Counted from the first letter of the stretch, positions 1 to 13,515 are shown. The stretch is DNA of 64,000 nt from Isurus oxyrinchus (GCA_026770705.1 JANJGN010000011.1:111414001-111478000), one strand, 5' to 3'. Made by a program: numbers and translations. Notes: a model not told the origin generated them from the sequence alone.

Positions 1-210
1 AACATCTGGGAGAATTCCTGCAGCAAGACCTGCAGCCACATGAATTTGGTAGTGACCCTGTGCTTGTAGCTGCTGGCTGCAAAGTGGCTGTGGCCCTCAA
101 ATTTTTCAGCACCGACTGCTTCCTGGGGTCCACGGGTGATATGTAGCATTTCACAGGCTGCTTCACACAGGTGCATCAAAGAGGTGACCAATGCCCTCTT
201 CCATCATGCC
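1..210 (+). pseudogene. PIF/Harbinger transposase fragment (element E, runs off the window start)
   Basis: Translates as KVAVALKFFSTDCFLGSTGD / ICSISQAASHRCIKEVTNALF, collinear with the HTH region of the transposase at 27950-28085; frameshifted. Confidence 0.8.
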
Positions 211-585
211 ACTGCAAACGTAACTTCATTCTTTAAAAAGGGAGGGAGACAGAAAGCAGAAAACTTCAGGCCGGTTAGCTTAACATCAATCATTTGGAAA
301 ATGTTGGAAGTTATATTATGACAGGGCACTTGGAAAAATTTAAGATAATCAGGCATTTCCAACATGGTTTTGTGCAAGGGAAATCATGTTTAACCAATTT
401 ATTGGAGTTCTTTGAAAGAGTCACATGTGCTGTAGATAGAGGGGAAGCGGTGGATGTACTGTACTTAGATTTCCAGAAGGCATTTGATAAGGTGCCACAT
501 CAAATGTCATTGCAGAAAATACAAGCTAATGGTATAGGGGGTAACATATTAGCATGGATAGAAGATTGGCTAGCTAACAAACTAT
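211..585 (+). mobile_element. CR1 LINE ORF2 (RT N-terminal) fragment
   Basis: Motifs NFRPVSLTS, QHGFVQGKSCLTNLLEFF, YLDFQKAFDKVPH, WIEDWL; frameshifted. Confidence 0.9.
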
Positions 586-599
586 TAGCATGCTAAAAA

Positions 600-1300
600 T
601 GCACTTCTGCTGCTTTGACAGGTCCGGAGGGATTCTGCAGCACCATAATGGTTGGATCCATTCTCACTTTGTTGCCTTGCCACTCCAGACTCACCATTAG
701 CTACAGATCAGCTTCCATGTTCCCTAGCAATCTGAAAAGCGTATTCCACAGCAGGGGTGAGGACTTTGGGATTGAGCACCCCTCTGCCTGAGTTTGACCT
801 TTCTTCTGGTTATGGGTCTACTTGACCTGCAGGAGAAAGTGGAGAGTTAGTGACTTGACAAATGTCAACTGATACCCTTATTTGCACGGATCCCCATCAC
901 ACGTACTGGCCCGTCAATGTGTTCACTTCGATCCAACAATTGACTCAAGGCAAACTGTGACACACTTTGAATTCAAGTGCCATACGGTCCTGAGGCTGAT
1001 CAAGCATTCACCCACCTAGCCCTGCTGCACAGTGGTGGACAAATACATATCCTGATGCCCATGAGAGAAAATCCCATACTGCCATGTCAATAATCAGACA
1101 GATCGCAGGAGGTAATTGACGCTTTACCTACACTGCCCCGATGTTCTTAGGTGAATCCCACATTTGCTCATTTCCTCTGCAATCTTCGTCGAGGCTGCCT
1201 TGGTCAGGCAAGGGGGTGTCCTGTAGCCATCACTGAGGAAGACCACCTCCCATCTGACAGCCTGGAGCAGAACCTGCAGGGAGGCATCGCTGACCATGGG
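600..1300 (-). pseudogene. Harbinger Myb/SANT-like accessory gene remnant (element E)
   Basis: Minus strand reads SDASLQVLLQAVRWEVVFLSDGYRTPPCLTKAASTKIAEEMSKCGIHLRTSGQCR*SVNYLLRS. Exon-2 acceptor ctttctcctgcag|G at 826 matches the other copies. Confidence 0.75.
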
Positions 1301-1305
1301 ATCAG

Positions 1306-1531
1306 TGTAGTAATTATAGATTCGCTAAACGTTAGGACTGTAACTTTAAGAATAATCCTGTGCTGTAAAATCACATGATCCGTGTAAACCAATGAGCTAA
1401 CAGCACGGGGAACCTCTACAAGAGAGTTCTTCTTTAGTTATGGAGTTTGATGCAAATGTGCTGCTGCTGTCTTGTAAATAAAGTTAAATGTTTCCACTAA
1501 GAAAAGTTGTCTGAAGATTAACTCTATAACA
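1306..1531 (+). repeat. 5' LTR of Gypsy element 1
   Basis: TGTAGT...ATAACA termini, AATAAA at ~1478, followed directly by a PBS. The 5' edge is inferred from the TG start because there is no partner LTR. Confidence 0.7.
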
Positions 1532-1534
1532 AAC

Positions 1535-1547
1535 TGGCAATGAGGAT
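1535..1547 (+). other. Primer-binding site (tRNA-Ser type)
   Basis: TGGCAATGAGGAT equals TGGCGACGAGGAT (complement of the tRNA-Ser(GCT) 3' end) with two CpG-decay changes. Confidence 0.75.
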
Positions 1548-2712
1548 AAATCAGATTCGGTGCTGTACCTCGCCCAGTGATTGTGAGTATCTAAGTTTGT
1601 TAAAATAGAAGAAGATATCCTCATCCAAAATGCCACAGTTTGGCAGAACTTATCCCTTTAAGCCAGCCACACACAATTGATCTCAATATATGAAATGTCT
1701 TGCCTTCTTCTTTCAAGCAAAAGAAGTCAAAGAGGAGGTAAAGAGGAGAGCGATTCTCCTGAGTATTTGCTGGAGCAAGACCTACAATTTAATTAGAAGC
1801 TTGACAGCCCCCAGATTTGAAGACTTTCAGTGTATTAGCAGACCTTATTAAGGGACATTTTCAACCCAAACCCTCAGTCACAATGCAGAGGTTCAGGTTC
1901 AATTCATGGAATAGAGCCCGAGGGATGACAATTGCTAACTACGTGGTAAAATTAAAACAACTAACAAATATTGTGATTTTGGTGAAACTCTGAATAACAT
2001 GCTCAGAGATCGTTTAGTAAGTAATATGCAGGAAGACACTATTCAGTAAAGATTGCTGGCTGAAGTGAATCTTGATTTTAAGAAAGCATTAGAAATAGCA
2101 CTGGTGATGGAAAGCACCGTAATGGATTCACAAGCAATTCAAGGAGCACAAGAGGTGGGAACAGTTAGTCGAAAGTGGCGCAAAAAGCTGGGACTCTGCT
2201 GCAAAGTGGGAAAGATAAAAATGAGAGGAAACAGCTTAGCAACTAAATTGAAAAATAACTTGCATGGACATAGAAACAATCAGTCTTCTAGCGATTGGCA
2301 ATTTAAAAAAGTAGAATGTTACTTTTCTCACAAAAGTAGACACATAATGAGACTGTGCAAAGCAAGATTTAAACAGGCCTCCAAACAACAAACAAAGTCC
2401 AATGAAGTCTATGGTGTAGAAGACCCAGAAACAACCAATCCTAACATTTATTCATTATTCAACATGAAAGTTGGGAAGACAGAGCCAATGTTTGTTACAG
2501 TGCAAGTGAACGGGAAACCATTAAAAATGGAAGTAGACATAGGTGCTTCGACAACTGTAATAGGAGAACACATTTTCAGATATTGAAACAAAGTGGATTA
2601 ACACAAATTTGGAATAAACATCTGCCAATTTGAAAGTGTACATAGGCGAAGAAATCCAAGTAAAAGGTATCACCAGAGCAAAGGTTAATTTTAGACAACA
2701 ATTGACGCAGCT

Positions 2713-4943
2713 TTTTAAAAATTTATTCACGAGATGTAGGCTTCGCTGGCTGGGCCAGTATGTACTGCCCATTCCTAGTTGCCCTTGACAATGTGGTGGT
2801 GCGCTGCCTTCTTGAACAGCTATAGTCCATGTGGTGTAGGCACACCCACAGTGCTATTAGGAAGGGAGTTCCAGGATTTTGACCCAGCGACAATGAAGGA
2901 ACGGTGATATAATTCCAAGTCAGGATGTTGAGTGACTCGGCGGGGAACTTCCAGCTGGTAGTGTTTTCATCTACCTGTTGTTCTTGTCCTTCTAGATGGT
3001 AGTGCTCATGGGTTTGGAACGAGCTGTCGAAGGAGCCTTGGTGAATTCCTGCAGCACATCTTGTAGATGGTACACACTGCAGCTATTGAGCATCGGTGGT
3101 GAAGGGAGGGAATGTTTGTGGATGTGGTGCCAATCAAGCGGGTTCCTTTGTCCTGGATGGTGTCAAGCTTCTTGTTGTGAGAGTTGCACTCATCCAGGCA
3201 AGTGGGGAGCATTCCATCACACTCCTGACTTGTGCCTTGTAGATGGTGGACAAGCTTTGGGAGCCATGGTGTGAGCTACTCATTGCAGGATTCCCAGCCA
3301 CTGTCCTCACAGACCTCTGTAGCCACAGTATTTATATGGCTAACCCAGTTCGGTTTCTGCTCAATGGTAACCCCCAGGATGTTGATAGCAGGGTATTCAG
3401 TGACGCAATGGTTAGATTCTCTCTTGTTGGAGATGGTCATAGTCTGGCATTGGTGTGGAACGAATGTTACTTGCCGCTTGTCAGCCCAAGCCTGGATATT
3501 GTCCAGGTCTTGCTACATTTGGACACTGCTTCAGTATCTGAGGAGTCGTGAATGGTGCTGAACATTGTGCAATCATCAGCAAACGTCCCCACTTCTGACC
3601 TTATGATGGAAGGAAGATCATTGATGAAGCAGCTGAAGATGGTTGGGCCCAGGACCCTACCCTGAGGAATTCCTGCAGTGATGTCCTGGAGCTGAGATGA
3701 CTGACCTCCAACAACCACAGCCATCTTCCTTTGTGCTAGGTATGATTCCAACCAGTGGAGAGTTTTCCCCTGATTCCCATTGACTCCAGTTTTGCTCAGG
3801 CTTCTTGATGCCACATTCGGTCAAGTATGGCCTTGATGTCAAGGGCAGTCACTCTCACCTCACCTCGGGAGTTCAGCTCTTTTGTCCATGTTTGAACCAA
3901 GGCTGTTATGAGGTCAGGAGTTGACTGGCCCTGGCTGAACCCAAAATGGGCAACAGTCAGCAGGTTATTGCTAAGCAAGTGCTGCTTGATCACTGTTGTT
4001 TACCTCTTCCATTACTTTACTGTTGATCGGGAGTAAACTAATGGGGCGGTAATTAGCTGGGTTGGATTTGTCCTGTTTTTTGAGTACAGGACGTATCTGG
4101 TCAATTTTCCACACAGCCGGGTGGATGTCAGTGTTGTAGCTGTACTGAAGTAGCTTGGCTAGAGCTGCAGCAAGATCTGGAGCACAAGTCTTCCATGCAA
4201 TTGCTGGAATATTGCAGGGCCCATAGGCTTTGCAGGATCCATTGCCTTCAGCCATTTATTGATATCACATGGAGTGAATTGAATTGGCTGGAGACGGGCA
4301 TCTGCGATGCTGGGGACCTCCGGAGGAGACCGAGATGGATCATCTAATCGGCACTTCAGGCTGAAGATTGTAGCAAATGTTTCAACCTTATATTTTGCGC
4401 TGATGTGCTGGGCTTCCTCATCATTGAGACTGGGGATATTTGTGGAGACTTCTCCTCCAGTGAGTTGCTTAATTGTCCGCCACCATTCATGGCTGGATGT
4501 GGCAGGACTGCAGAGCTTCGATCAGATCCATTAGTTGTGGGATCACTTATCTCTGTCTATCACTTGCTGCTTTTGCTGTTTTTCACACAAATAGTCTTGT
4601 GTTATAGCTTCACCAGATTGACACCTCATGTTTAGGTATGCCTGGTGCTGCTCCTGGCATGCCCTCCTGCATTCTTCATCGAACCAGGGTTGATCCCCTG
4701 GCTTGATGGTAATGGTAGAGTGGGGGATATGCCTGGCCATGAGGTTAAAGATTATGCTTGAGCACAATTCTGCTGCTGCTGATGGATACCCAGTCTTGAT
4801 TTGCTAGATCTGTTTGAAATCTATCCCATTTAGCAAGGCGATAGTGCCACACAACATGATGGAGGGTATCCTCAATGTGAAGGCGGGACCTCGTCTCCAC
4901 AATAACTGTTCAGTGGTCACTCCTACCATTAGTGTCATGGACT
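2713..4943 (-). mobile_element. 5'-truncated CR1/L2-group LINE ('family B') inserted in the Gypsy protease region
   Basis: Minus-strand ORF pieces KQDKSNPANYRPISLL, ALDIKAILDRMWH, GIPQGRVLGP, FADD, SLHHR, FKKAAHHH, with the A-rich tail at ~2713. The Gypsy frame (QL|PVMVVEG) resumes at ~4944. Confidence 0.9.
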
Positions 4944-6900
4944 ACCAGTGATGGTGGTAGAAGGTGAAGGGCTAAGCCTTCCAGGTGTTGATTGTTTGAA
5001 GGAGATTAAATTAAACTAGCCTGAAGTCTTCCAGTTGTGAGCAGGTGGACTACCAGAGCTGCTAAAAAAAATGACACTGTTGTCAAGGATGAACTGGGAA
5101 AAATCCAAGGCCTACAGGCCAAAACTTACATGGATCCAGAAGCAACCCCTCGCTTCTTGAAAGCAAGCCATACGCCCTGAGAGAGAAGGTTGACACTGAG
5201 CTGAACTGGCTAGGAGGCTGGGTGTCATAAAAGCGGCTCAGTTCTCAGAGTGGGCAGCACCCATAGCCCCTGCCCTTAAACCACACCAGACCATCCGGAT
5301 CTGTGTGGACTATAACCTAATGGTCAGCAGAGCCTCTAAACTGCTCATGTACCTATTCCCAAGATTGAAGACCTATATGCCAAACTAGCAGGAGGGACAA
5401 CATATACAAAGCTTGAAATGATTCATGCAAGTCAGCAACTGGAGCTGGATGACACCTCCCGGGAATTCAAAGCCATAAACACCCACAAAGGGCTATACCA
5501 ATATAACCCCTGCCCTTCGATGTTTCCTCAGCCTGTGCCATTTTTCAGTGGACAATGGAGAGCTTACTACTGGAACTACCTCAGGTTGTGGCCTATCTGG
5601 ATGATGTACTGATAGCTGGATTCACAGAAAAGAGACACTTGGCTAACCTAGGGGAAGTCCTGAAATGATTTTTAGAAGCAGGAGTGCACCTAAAGACAGA
5701 AAATTGTATTTTTCAAGCAAATAAAGTCATTTATTTGGGCCACTGGGTAGATGCCTAAGGGTTACACACAGTTGAAGAGAAGGTTAAAGCAGTAGGAGAG
5801 GCACCCAAGAACACTTCTGAACTTAAATCATTCTTAGGGATGATAAATTATTATGGACAATTTCTACTAAATTTATCCACCTTTCTAGCCCCTCTGCATT
5901 CACTGCTAACAAAAAACCAATGTTGGATTTGGGAGACACCCCAAAAAGAATCCTTTATGAAAATAAAACAACTATTACACCCTTCAAATTTGTTACTGCA
6001 CTATGACCAGGCGAAGGAATTGGTGCTAACATGAGGTGCTTACCTCTATGGAATGGGAGCGGTACTATCTTACAAAATGGACGACAGCACAAAGAGGTTA
6101 CTAGGCTAATTATCCATGACACAACACAGCTCAAAACAGATATTCTCATGTCGAGAAGGAAGGTCTGTCGATTATTTTTGGTGTAAAAAGATTCCTCCAA
6201 TATATGCATGGGTGACATTTCATGATAATGTCAGACCACGAACTGCTTTGGGTTTGCTTAACGAGGAAAAGGCTATATCTCCCATAGCCCCTGCAAGAAT
6301 ACAAAGAAGAGCCCCAATTTTAGCAGCATATGAATACACCATTGTACAGAGGCCAGGGATTTACATAGCAAATGCCGATGCCCTAAGTTACCTTCCTTTG
6401 CAAGAGAATGTGCCAGACAGAAAAGAAACTGGACGAATCGTGATCCAGTCCTGTCTCGAGTGAGAGGTTAAGTGTAACATGGTTGGTCCCAAGAACCAAT
6501 CTCTGATGAATTGAAGCCGTCTTTCAACCAAAGACACAGGATTAGCAGTCAGGATGGTATTCTATTATGGGGTGCATGGGTAGTAGTTCCTGTACAAGGA
6601 AGGGAACCACTTTTAGTAGAGTTACACAGTGCCCATCTAGGGATCTTTCAAATGAAGATGATAGTGCAGTTGTCTTTGGTAGCTGGGGGACGGACAATGA
6701 TATTGAAAATGTGGTAAAACACTGTTCAATGTCAACAGCTGCAAAAGTTGCCGTGGCAGCCCCATTGCCCCCATGGGGGTGGCCTGGTAGACCCTGGGTG
6801 CGATTTGCACATTGACTATGTTGGCCCTTTCCTTGGAACCATGTTTATACTGATTATAGATGTTCATTCCAAGTGGTTAGACAGTTATGAGGTAAAGTCC

Positions 6901-9900
6901 TAACATCAGTAGTGGGGAAAATGCTAGATTCTATTATAAAAGAGGTGGTAAGAGAGCACTTGGAAATGGGATTAGACAAAGTCAGCATGGGCTTATGAAG
7001 GGGAAATCATGCTTAACTAATTTACTGGGAGAACCAGTGGATGTGGTGTATTTGGATTTCAAGAAGGCTTTTGATAAGGTCACACATAAGAGGCTAGTGT
7101 GCAAAATTAAAGCACATGGGATCGGGGGTAATATATTGGCATGGATTGAGAAAGGATATACTTGCCATAGAGGGAACACAGCAAAGATTCACTAGGCTGA
7201 TAGAGGGAATGGCAGGACTGTCGTATGAGGAGAGATTGGTTCTACTGGGCCCGTATTCACTAGAGTTTAGAAGAATGAGAGGGGATCTGATTGAAATGTA
7301 TAAAATTCTAACAGGGCCAGACAGACTAGATGTAGGGAGGATATTTCCCCTGGTGGGGGAGTCTAGAATCAAGGCAGAGGGAGCACAGCTGCATTAAGTT
7401 TCAAGGGAGTAAGGCAAGGTTGGATGGCCTCTACTTTAATACTTTAACGGATGAGTTAAGGGTGAGGATTGACACGTGGAATTGTGATATCGTAGCCATC
7501 ACTGAGACGTTGTTGAGGGAGGGGCAGGGTTGGCAGCTCAACATTCCAGGATATAGAATCCTCAGGAGAGACAGGGGAGGGGATAAAAGAGGAGGAGGCA
7601 TTGCATTATTAGTTAAGGAGTCAGTTACTGCAGTAAGAAGAGAAGATATCTTGGAGGGGGCATCGAATGAAGCTTTGTGAGTAGAGCTTAGGAATTTTAA
7701 AAAAGGGGCAGCCATATTGTTAGGTATTTATTATAGACCCCCAGATAGTCAGCGGGAAATTGAGCAGCAAATATGTGCCCAATTTGCGGAGGTGTGTAAA
7801 AACAATAACAATAGGGTAATTATATTAGGTGATTTCAACTTTCCCAACATTAATTGGGATAGACATAGTATTAAGGGCTTGGATGGAGTAGATTCCTTGA
7901 AATGTGTACAGGAGAACTTTTTAGGTCAATATGTAGAGGGTCCAACAAGGGACAGCGCAGTGCTGGACCTAATTCTGGGGAATGAAGCCGAACAGGTGGC
8001 TGAGGTGGTGGTGGGCGAACATTTTAGTGATAGTGACCACAACATGGTACAATTTAAGTTTGTTATGGACAAAGAAATAGACAAGTTGCAAAAAAATGTT
8101 TTGGATTGTTGGGGAGTGGATTTTAGTAAAATAAGGCAAGATCTGGCCCAGGTAGACTGGGAACAGCTACTTGTGGGGAAATCTACAGAGGAGCAGTGGG
8201 GGGCGTTCAAAAAGGAAATGGGGAGGGTACAGATGCAACATGTTCCCTCTAGGGTGATAGGAAGGAGTAACAAGCCCAAAGAACCATGGATGATCAGAGA
8301 TATTCAGGTTACGATGAGAAGGAAAAGAGGGGCTTTTAACAGGTACAAGGGAAGCAAATCAGCGGAGGCATTAGTGGAGTACAGAAAGTGCAGGGTGGAT
8401 CTTCCGAAAGCAATTAGGAGAGCAAAGAGGGGATATGAGAAAGCTGTGGCTGGTAAAAATAGGGAAAATCCCAAGATATTCTATAAGTATATCAATGGCA
8501 AGAGGATAACCAGGGAAAGAGTAGGGCCTATAACGGACCAAGGGGGCAATCTATGGGTGGAGCCAGAGGACATCGCTAGCGTGTTGAATGAATACTTCAC
8601 ATCCGTCTTCACCCAAGAGAATGAGGATGAAGTATTGAACTCGGGTAGAGAGACTGCGAGATTCTTAAGCAAATTGATATAGAGAGTGACAAGGTATTGG
8701 AAGAATTGGCAGGCTTAAAAGTGGACAAATCTCCAGGACCGAGTCATTAGTGTCCCAGACTGCTGAGGGAGGCAAGGGAGGAGATCGCAGGGACTTTGAC
8801 CCAAATTTTTAATTCCTCTCTGGCCATGGGGGAGGTGCCAGATGACTGGAGAACAGCTAATGTGGTTCCGCTATTTAAGAAGGGTTGTAGAGAGAAGCCA
8901 GGGAACAACAGGCCAGTGAATCTCACATCAGTGGTAGGGAAACTATTGGAGAAAATTCTGAAGGAGAGAATCTATCTCCACTTGGAGAGGCAAGGTTTGA
9001 TCAGTGATAGTCAGCATGGCTTTGTCAGAGGGAGGTCATGCCTAACAAATTTGAATGAATTTTTTGAGTAGGTGACCAGGTGTGTATATGAGGGTAATGC
9101 AGTTGATGTAGTTTATATGGATTTCAGCAGAGCCTTTGACAAGTTCCCACATGGGAGACTTATAAAGAAGGCAAATGCACATGGAATACAGGGTCATTTG
9201 ATAAGGTAGATTCAAAATTGGCTTAGTTGTAGGAGGCAGAGGGTGATGACAGGAGGATGCTTTAGTGACTGGAAGCCAATGTCCAGTGGCGTACCACAGG
9301 GATCTGCGCTCAGTCCCCTATTATTTGTCATTTATGTAAACAACATAGGTGACTATGTGGGGGGTAGGAATAGTAAGTTTGCAGATGACACAAAGATTGG
9401 CCAGGTGGTTAATAGTGAGGTTGAGTGTCTTGGGCTACAGGAAGATATAGACGGGATGGTCAAATGGGCAGATAAGTGGCAGATGGAATTTAACCCTGAA
9501 AAGTGTGAGCTGATGCCCTTTGGAAGGAGTAATTTGACAAGGAAATATTCAATTAACGACATGACACTAAGAAGTTCTGAGGAACAAAGGGACCTTGGCG
9601 TGTCCATAGATCTCTGAAGGCAGAGGGGCATGTTAGTGGGGTGGTGAAAAAGGAATATGGGACACTTGCCTTTATCAATCGAGGCATAGATTACAAAAAT
9701 AGGGAGGTCATGTTGGAGTTGTATAGAACCTTGGTGAGGCCACAGCTGGAGTATTGTGTGCAGTTCTGGTCATCACATTATAGCAAGGATGTGATTGCAC
9801 TGGAGAGGGTGTAGAGGTGATTCACCAGGATGTTGCCTGTAATTAAACATTTGATTTATGAAGAGAAGTTAGATAGACTTGGGTTGTTTTTGCTGGAGCA

Positions 9901-10610
9901 GAGAAAACTGAGGGGTGACCTGATCGAGGTATACAAGATTATGAGGGGCATGGACAGGGTGGGTAGGAAGCAGCTGCTCCCCTTAGTTGAAGGGACAGTT
10001 ACAAGGGGACATAAATTCAAGGCGAGGGGCAGGAGGTTTAGGGGGGATGTGAGGTAAACCTTTTTTTACCCAGAGGGTGGTGACGGTCTGGAATGCACTG
10101 CCTGGGAGGGTGGTGGAGGTGGGTTGCCTCACATCCTTTAAAAAGTACCTGGATGAGCACTTGGCACGTCAAAACATTCAAGGCTATGGGCTAAGTGCTG
10201 GTAAATGGGATTAGGTAGGTAGGTCAGGCATTTCTCACATGCTGGTGCAGACTCGATGGGCCAAAGGGCCTCTTCAGCACTCTGTGATTCTGTGATTCTG
10301 TGATCCAGTGATTCAGTGGCCACAGTCTCAGGAAACTGGGAAGGCCATTTAGGACTGAGATGAGGATAAATTTCTTCACTCAGAGAGTGGTCAACCTATG
10401 GAATTCTCTTCCACAGATGGCAGTGGAGGACAGGTCACTGGGATATTCAAGAAAGAAATTGATACGTTTTGGATATTAGGGGCATCAAAGGGTATAGAGA
10501 GAAAGTGAGAATATAGCGTTGAGATAGAGGATCAGCCATGATCATATTGAATGGTGGAGCAGACTCAAAGGGCCAAATGGCCTACTCCTACTCCTAGTTT
10601 CTATGTTTCT
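6901..10610 (+). mobile_element. Outer CR1 LINE (internally deleted; pieces 6901-7369 and 10314-10610)
   Basis: RT motifs GKSCLTNLL, YLDFKKAFDKV and RRMRGDLIE. Sequence gagtctagaatc resumes as cagtggccacagtctcag after the inner insertion; tail tttctatgtttct; aagtc present at both flanks. Confidence 0.85.
7370..10313 (+). mobile_element. Inner CR1 LINE with near-complete decayed ORF2 (APE endonuclease + RT)
   Basis: DIVAITET, GIYYRPP, GDFNFPNINW, SDH (APE); NNRPVNLTS, GVPQGS, FADD (RT); tail (TGATTCTG)n at 10282-10313. Several stops. Confidence 0.95.
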
Positions 10611-11319
10611 AAGTCGCAAACATCAGGTTCTATGTGACATGTGACATGTAAGGGGCGTGGATGTGATGGGGGAGTGGAGAGTCCAGGACAATAATGACTA
10701 ATGAGGTGGGGGGTTGGGAAGTGATGGTGAGGGAACAAGCTTCAGGGGACTGAGAGGGATGAAGGGGATAAAAAAGTGGCTCAGCCTTCTGACAAAAAGA
10801 TGCTTAACAAGAAAATTGGAGCCTTGATGCAAAGCCACCCTACTTGTACAGACGGCTCTTTTTTAGTCTGTTTGGACCTGCTGAATTGTCACCTGATGGC
10901 TGGATCCTCGAGAGGAAAATCACCCTTGCCACACAATACACCACACACTATTCTTGTGTCTGCCATCAACCCTTTAAATTTTCATATGAATCGGATGGGC
11001 TCTGGCTCCCAGCATGAAAATGGAAGTGACACCCACTTCCAGTTCCACCATTGGGAACTGATTAAATTCCAATGAGCATACTCATTAGAAAAGTTATATC
11101 ATAATGTGGAAGGTACTAGTGGGATCATTAGTGACCACTAGTTTATTTTTTGACATGGGTGAAGAGAATGGAAGATGGAATTTTTGAAGAATATTTACAC
11201 CAGAAGCAGCCATACCGACAGACCCAGCAGATATAGCTGGGAAGGTCCAGAATATGCTTGAATTGCACCATTTGCAGACTACACTTGCCAAATGTCTGGA
11301 CAGATTAATAGTATGTTGT

Positions 11320-11515
11320 AGAACCTCCTCCAAGTCACATATTTTGACAAATAGTACTGATCCTTCATTGTCTCTGTGTCAAAATCCTGCAACTCCCGAC
11401 TTCTCACCATTGTGGGAGTGAGTTCACGATATGGATTGTTAACGTCCACTTTCTGAAGGATAACTAGGGATGGTCACTAAGTTCTGGCCTTACTAGCAAT
11501 CCCAAATCAACTTTT
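11320..11515 (+). mobile_element. LINE family B 3' tail remnant
   Basis: Similar to the reverse complement of 2713-2950 (ccttcattgtc...caaaatcctg...tagggatgg). Confidence 0.65.
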
Positions 11516-11564
11516 TAAAATGTCCTCTGGAATATTTGAAATCACATATGCCCCACAACCTGCC

Positions 11565-11680
11565 ATAGGAGGGCAAAGATGGCACTGTCTGACAGAATAG
11601 CACTCTCTTGGTAAGCATTGCACTGTAACACCAGTCTAGATTATTTGCCCAAGCCTCTTGATTTCATGGCCTTCTGAAGG
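11565..11680 (-). mobile_element. Deu-domain SINE fragment
   Basis: aaagatggcac...tctgacag...cagtctagatt...caagcctct, similar to 39290-39400. Confidence 0.55.
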
Positions 11681-13515
11681 TGAAAATACAAGCCCTCATT
11701 TGTTGTCGATTTTTGGTTTCATCCATCCTCACTCCGTCTATGCTTTCATCAAAAATAATCTTCACAGCTGCCTCCTCAAGGACACTCCAGGACTAAAATT
11801 GAAGGCCTACTTATTATGACCTTCCATTCCCTTCTGTCACATGCTAACTTGTTGTGCAAGAAGAAAAATCTTGAAAGACTCAGGAGCATTTGCAGTGGCA
11901 TGCAAATGAGACTATTGCACACCTGTCTTGTGTGAGTAAATGAGCAGACATCAGGCAGCCAAGTTGTGTTGGGAGGATTTATTCAGGACACGTCTTATTG
12001 ATGTCTGTGAAACAAGATTTCCAGTAATAATTAGTGTGTTCTGCTCTAGTATGGGCCTGAATGCTAAACAATGGAAGAGCTGTACACTTTGCATGCAGCT
12101 GCAGTAAATCTGCAATGTGTTGAGAGGAAATTCTTTGTAATACACATACATTACCCATCTAATTATAGGGATATTATGGCATAGGGAAACATTAGCCTTA
12201 ACCTTGCAAAGTTTTTTTTTGGTGCCGGAGACTTCTTGCATATCTGCATTTATGTGGGCTACACATCAGTGCTCGTACATTTCTGATAGCTATTACCTGT
12301 TCTCAAATACTCTTCCCCTCTAGGTAGGTTGTTCTGGAGTGCAGTTGCTCCAGTTCAGAATCTGCTATCCATGTAGTTTTCTGTGATTAGATTCCATCAC
12401 AACTTTCCTTTAAAACTTACATCCTGTGTCTCCTTTAAATGTATAAATAAATCCCCTTTAAATGCAAGGCAAAGCCCTTTAAATTGATACAACTCTGTAG
12501 GAAATCTCATTTCACTGTGCCATCAACTATGCAAGTTCCTAGTGGTAAGTTCAAATCACTTTCAGGATTCACACAGAATATATAACACACCCCAAACTGA
12601 AAGCTTAGAATCTTGGGGTATCACCAGTTGAGATAGGCACAAGTCATATATCAGACAGTTCCTCCAGCCTCAGTAACTGTGGTGGAAATTCTATTCCTGT
12701 GAAGTTTCATTTAAACATCCTAACACCTTCATTAAAATACAAAGCAGAAGAAATTTTTACAAACACATCAGAATGTCATTTATTAAGATCACATAGCATG
12801 ATTTCAAATCCTATATATATTTTCCAGCACAGCACTATGGGCTCTCAGTTGTCCCTTTACAAGTACATTGGTTTAGTTCTCAGAAAGATCAGCTAAAAAC
12901 ATAATGAATTATAGAGTAAGAGAAGGTCATTTGACCCATTAGACTTGCTTCTCCTGACACATAACATAAAAAGTGCACCGTGTGCACTTTCTCTAATTCT
13001 AGCTTCTAAAAATATATTTTCCAAAATGCCTTCTGAACAATCAGATGCAATTGAGCAAAAACTCTACTGTATTCTTTTAACATTGCAATCTGTCTTCCTC
13101 CACCCTGACTGATTGCATTGCACAGATGATTGCAAAAGAAGATGGACAACATTGTACAGTAATGATGTGTACAAGGAGTTCAATTTGGGTTAGGTTATTC
13201 ATCAAACTTGTTCCACATTGAACACTTTTTGGAACAAGCTCTCTTTAAAATGCCTGAAGTAAAGTGTAGTAGTTCAGCCAAAGGAGAAGTAAAGTCTGTG
13301 TGGAATATTTTTTATTCAGCAGGCTCCCTCAGCTTGAGTCTCCCGTCTGCTAAACCATTCCATGATGCCACTGACAGGCGGTATCTGCAAATGTGTTAGA
13401 GTTGGTTCATTAAAAACAATTCAAAGCATAACTTTGTGCCAACCTGGAAGCCCTGGAAAATGTTTAACCCTAAAAAGCTATCCTAATTGATGCTGAGACA
13501 GGGTGCACCAATGTA

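Larger units (their letters stand above)
1306..6900 (+). mobile_element. Ty3/Gypsy (Mag-like) LTR retrotransposon, decayed, 3' end lost, interrupted by a LINE
   Basis: 5' LTR and PBS; gag from ~1630 with degenerate zinc knuckle; protease EVDIGAS; RT YLDD at 5594-5605; RNaseH; integrase HHCC remnant and HIDYVGPF...IDVHSKW. Many stops and frameshifts; no 3' LTR found. Confidence 0.9.

Noticed and set aside
10640-11075. 3' LTR or continuation of Gypsy element 1
   Set aside because: No similarity to 1306-1531 or to integrase; probably an unrelated old repeat.
12970-12990. Perfect 9-bp hairpin aaagtgcac-cgt-gtgcacttt
   Set aside because: Too short for a pre-miRNA or MITE and likely chance.
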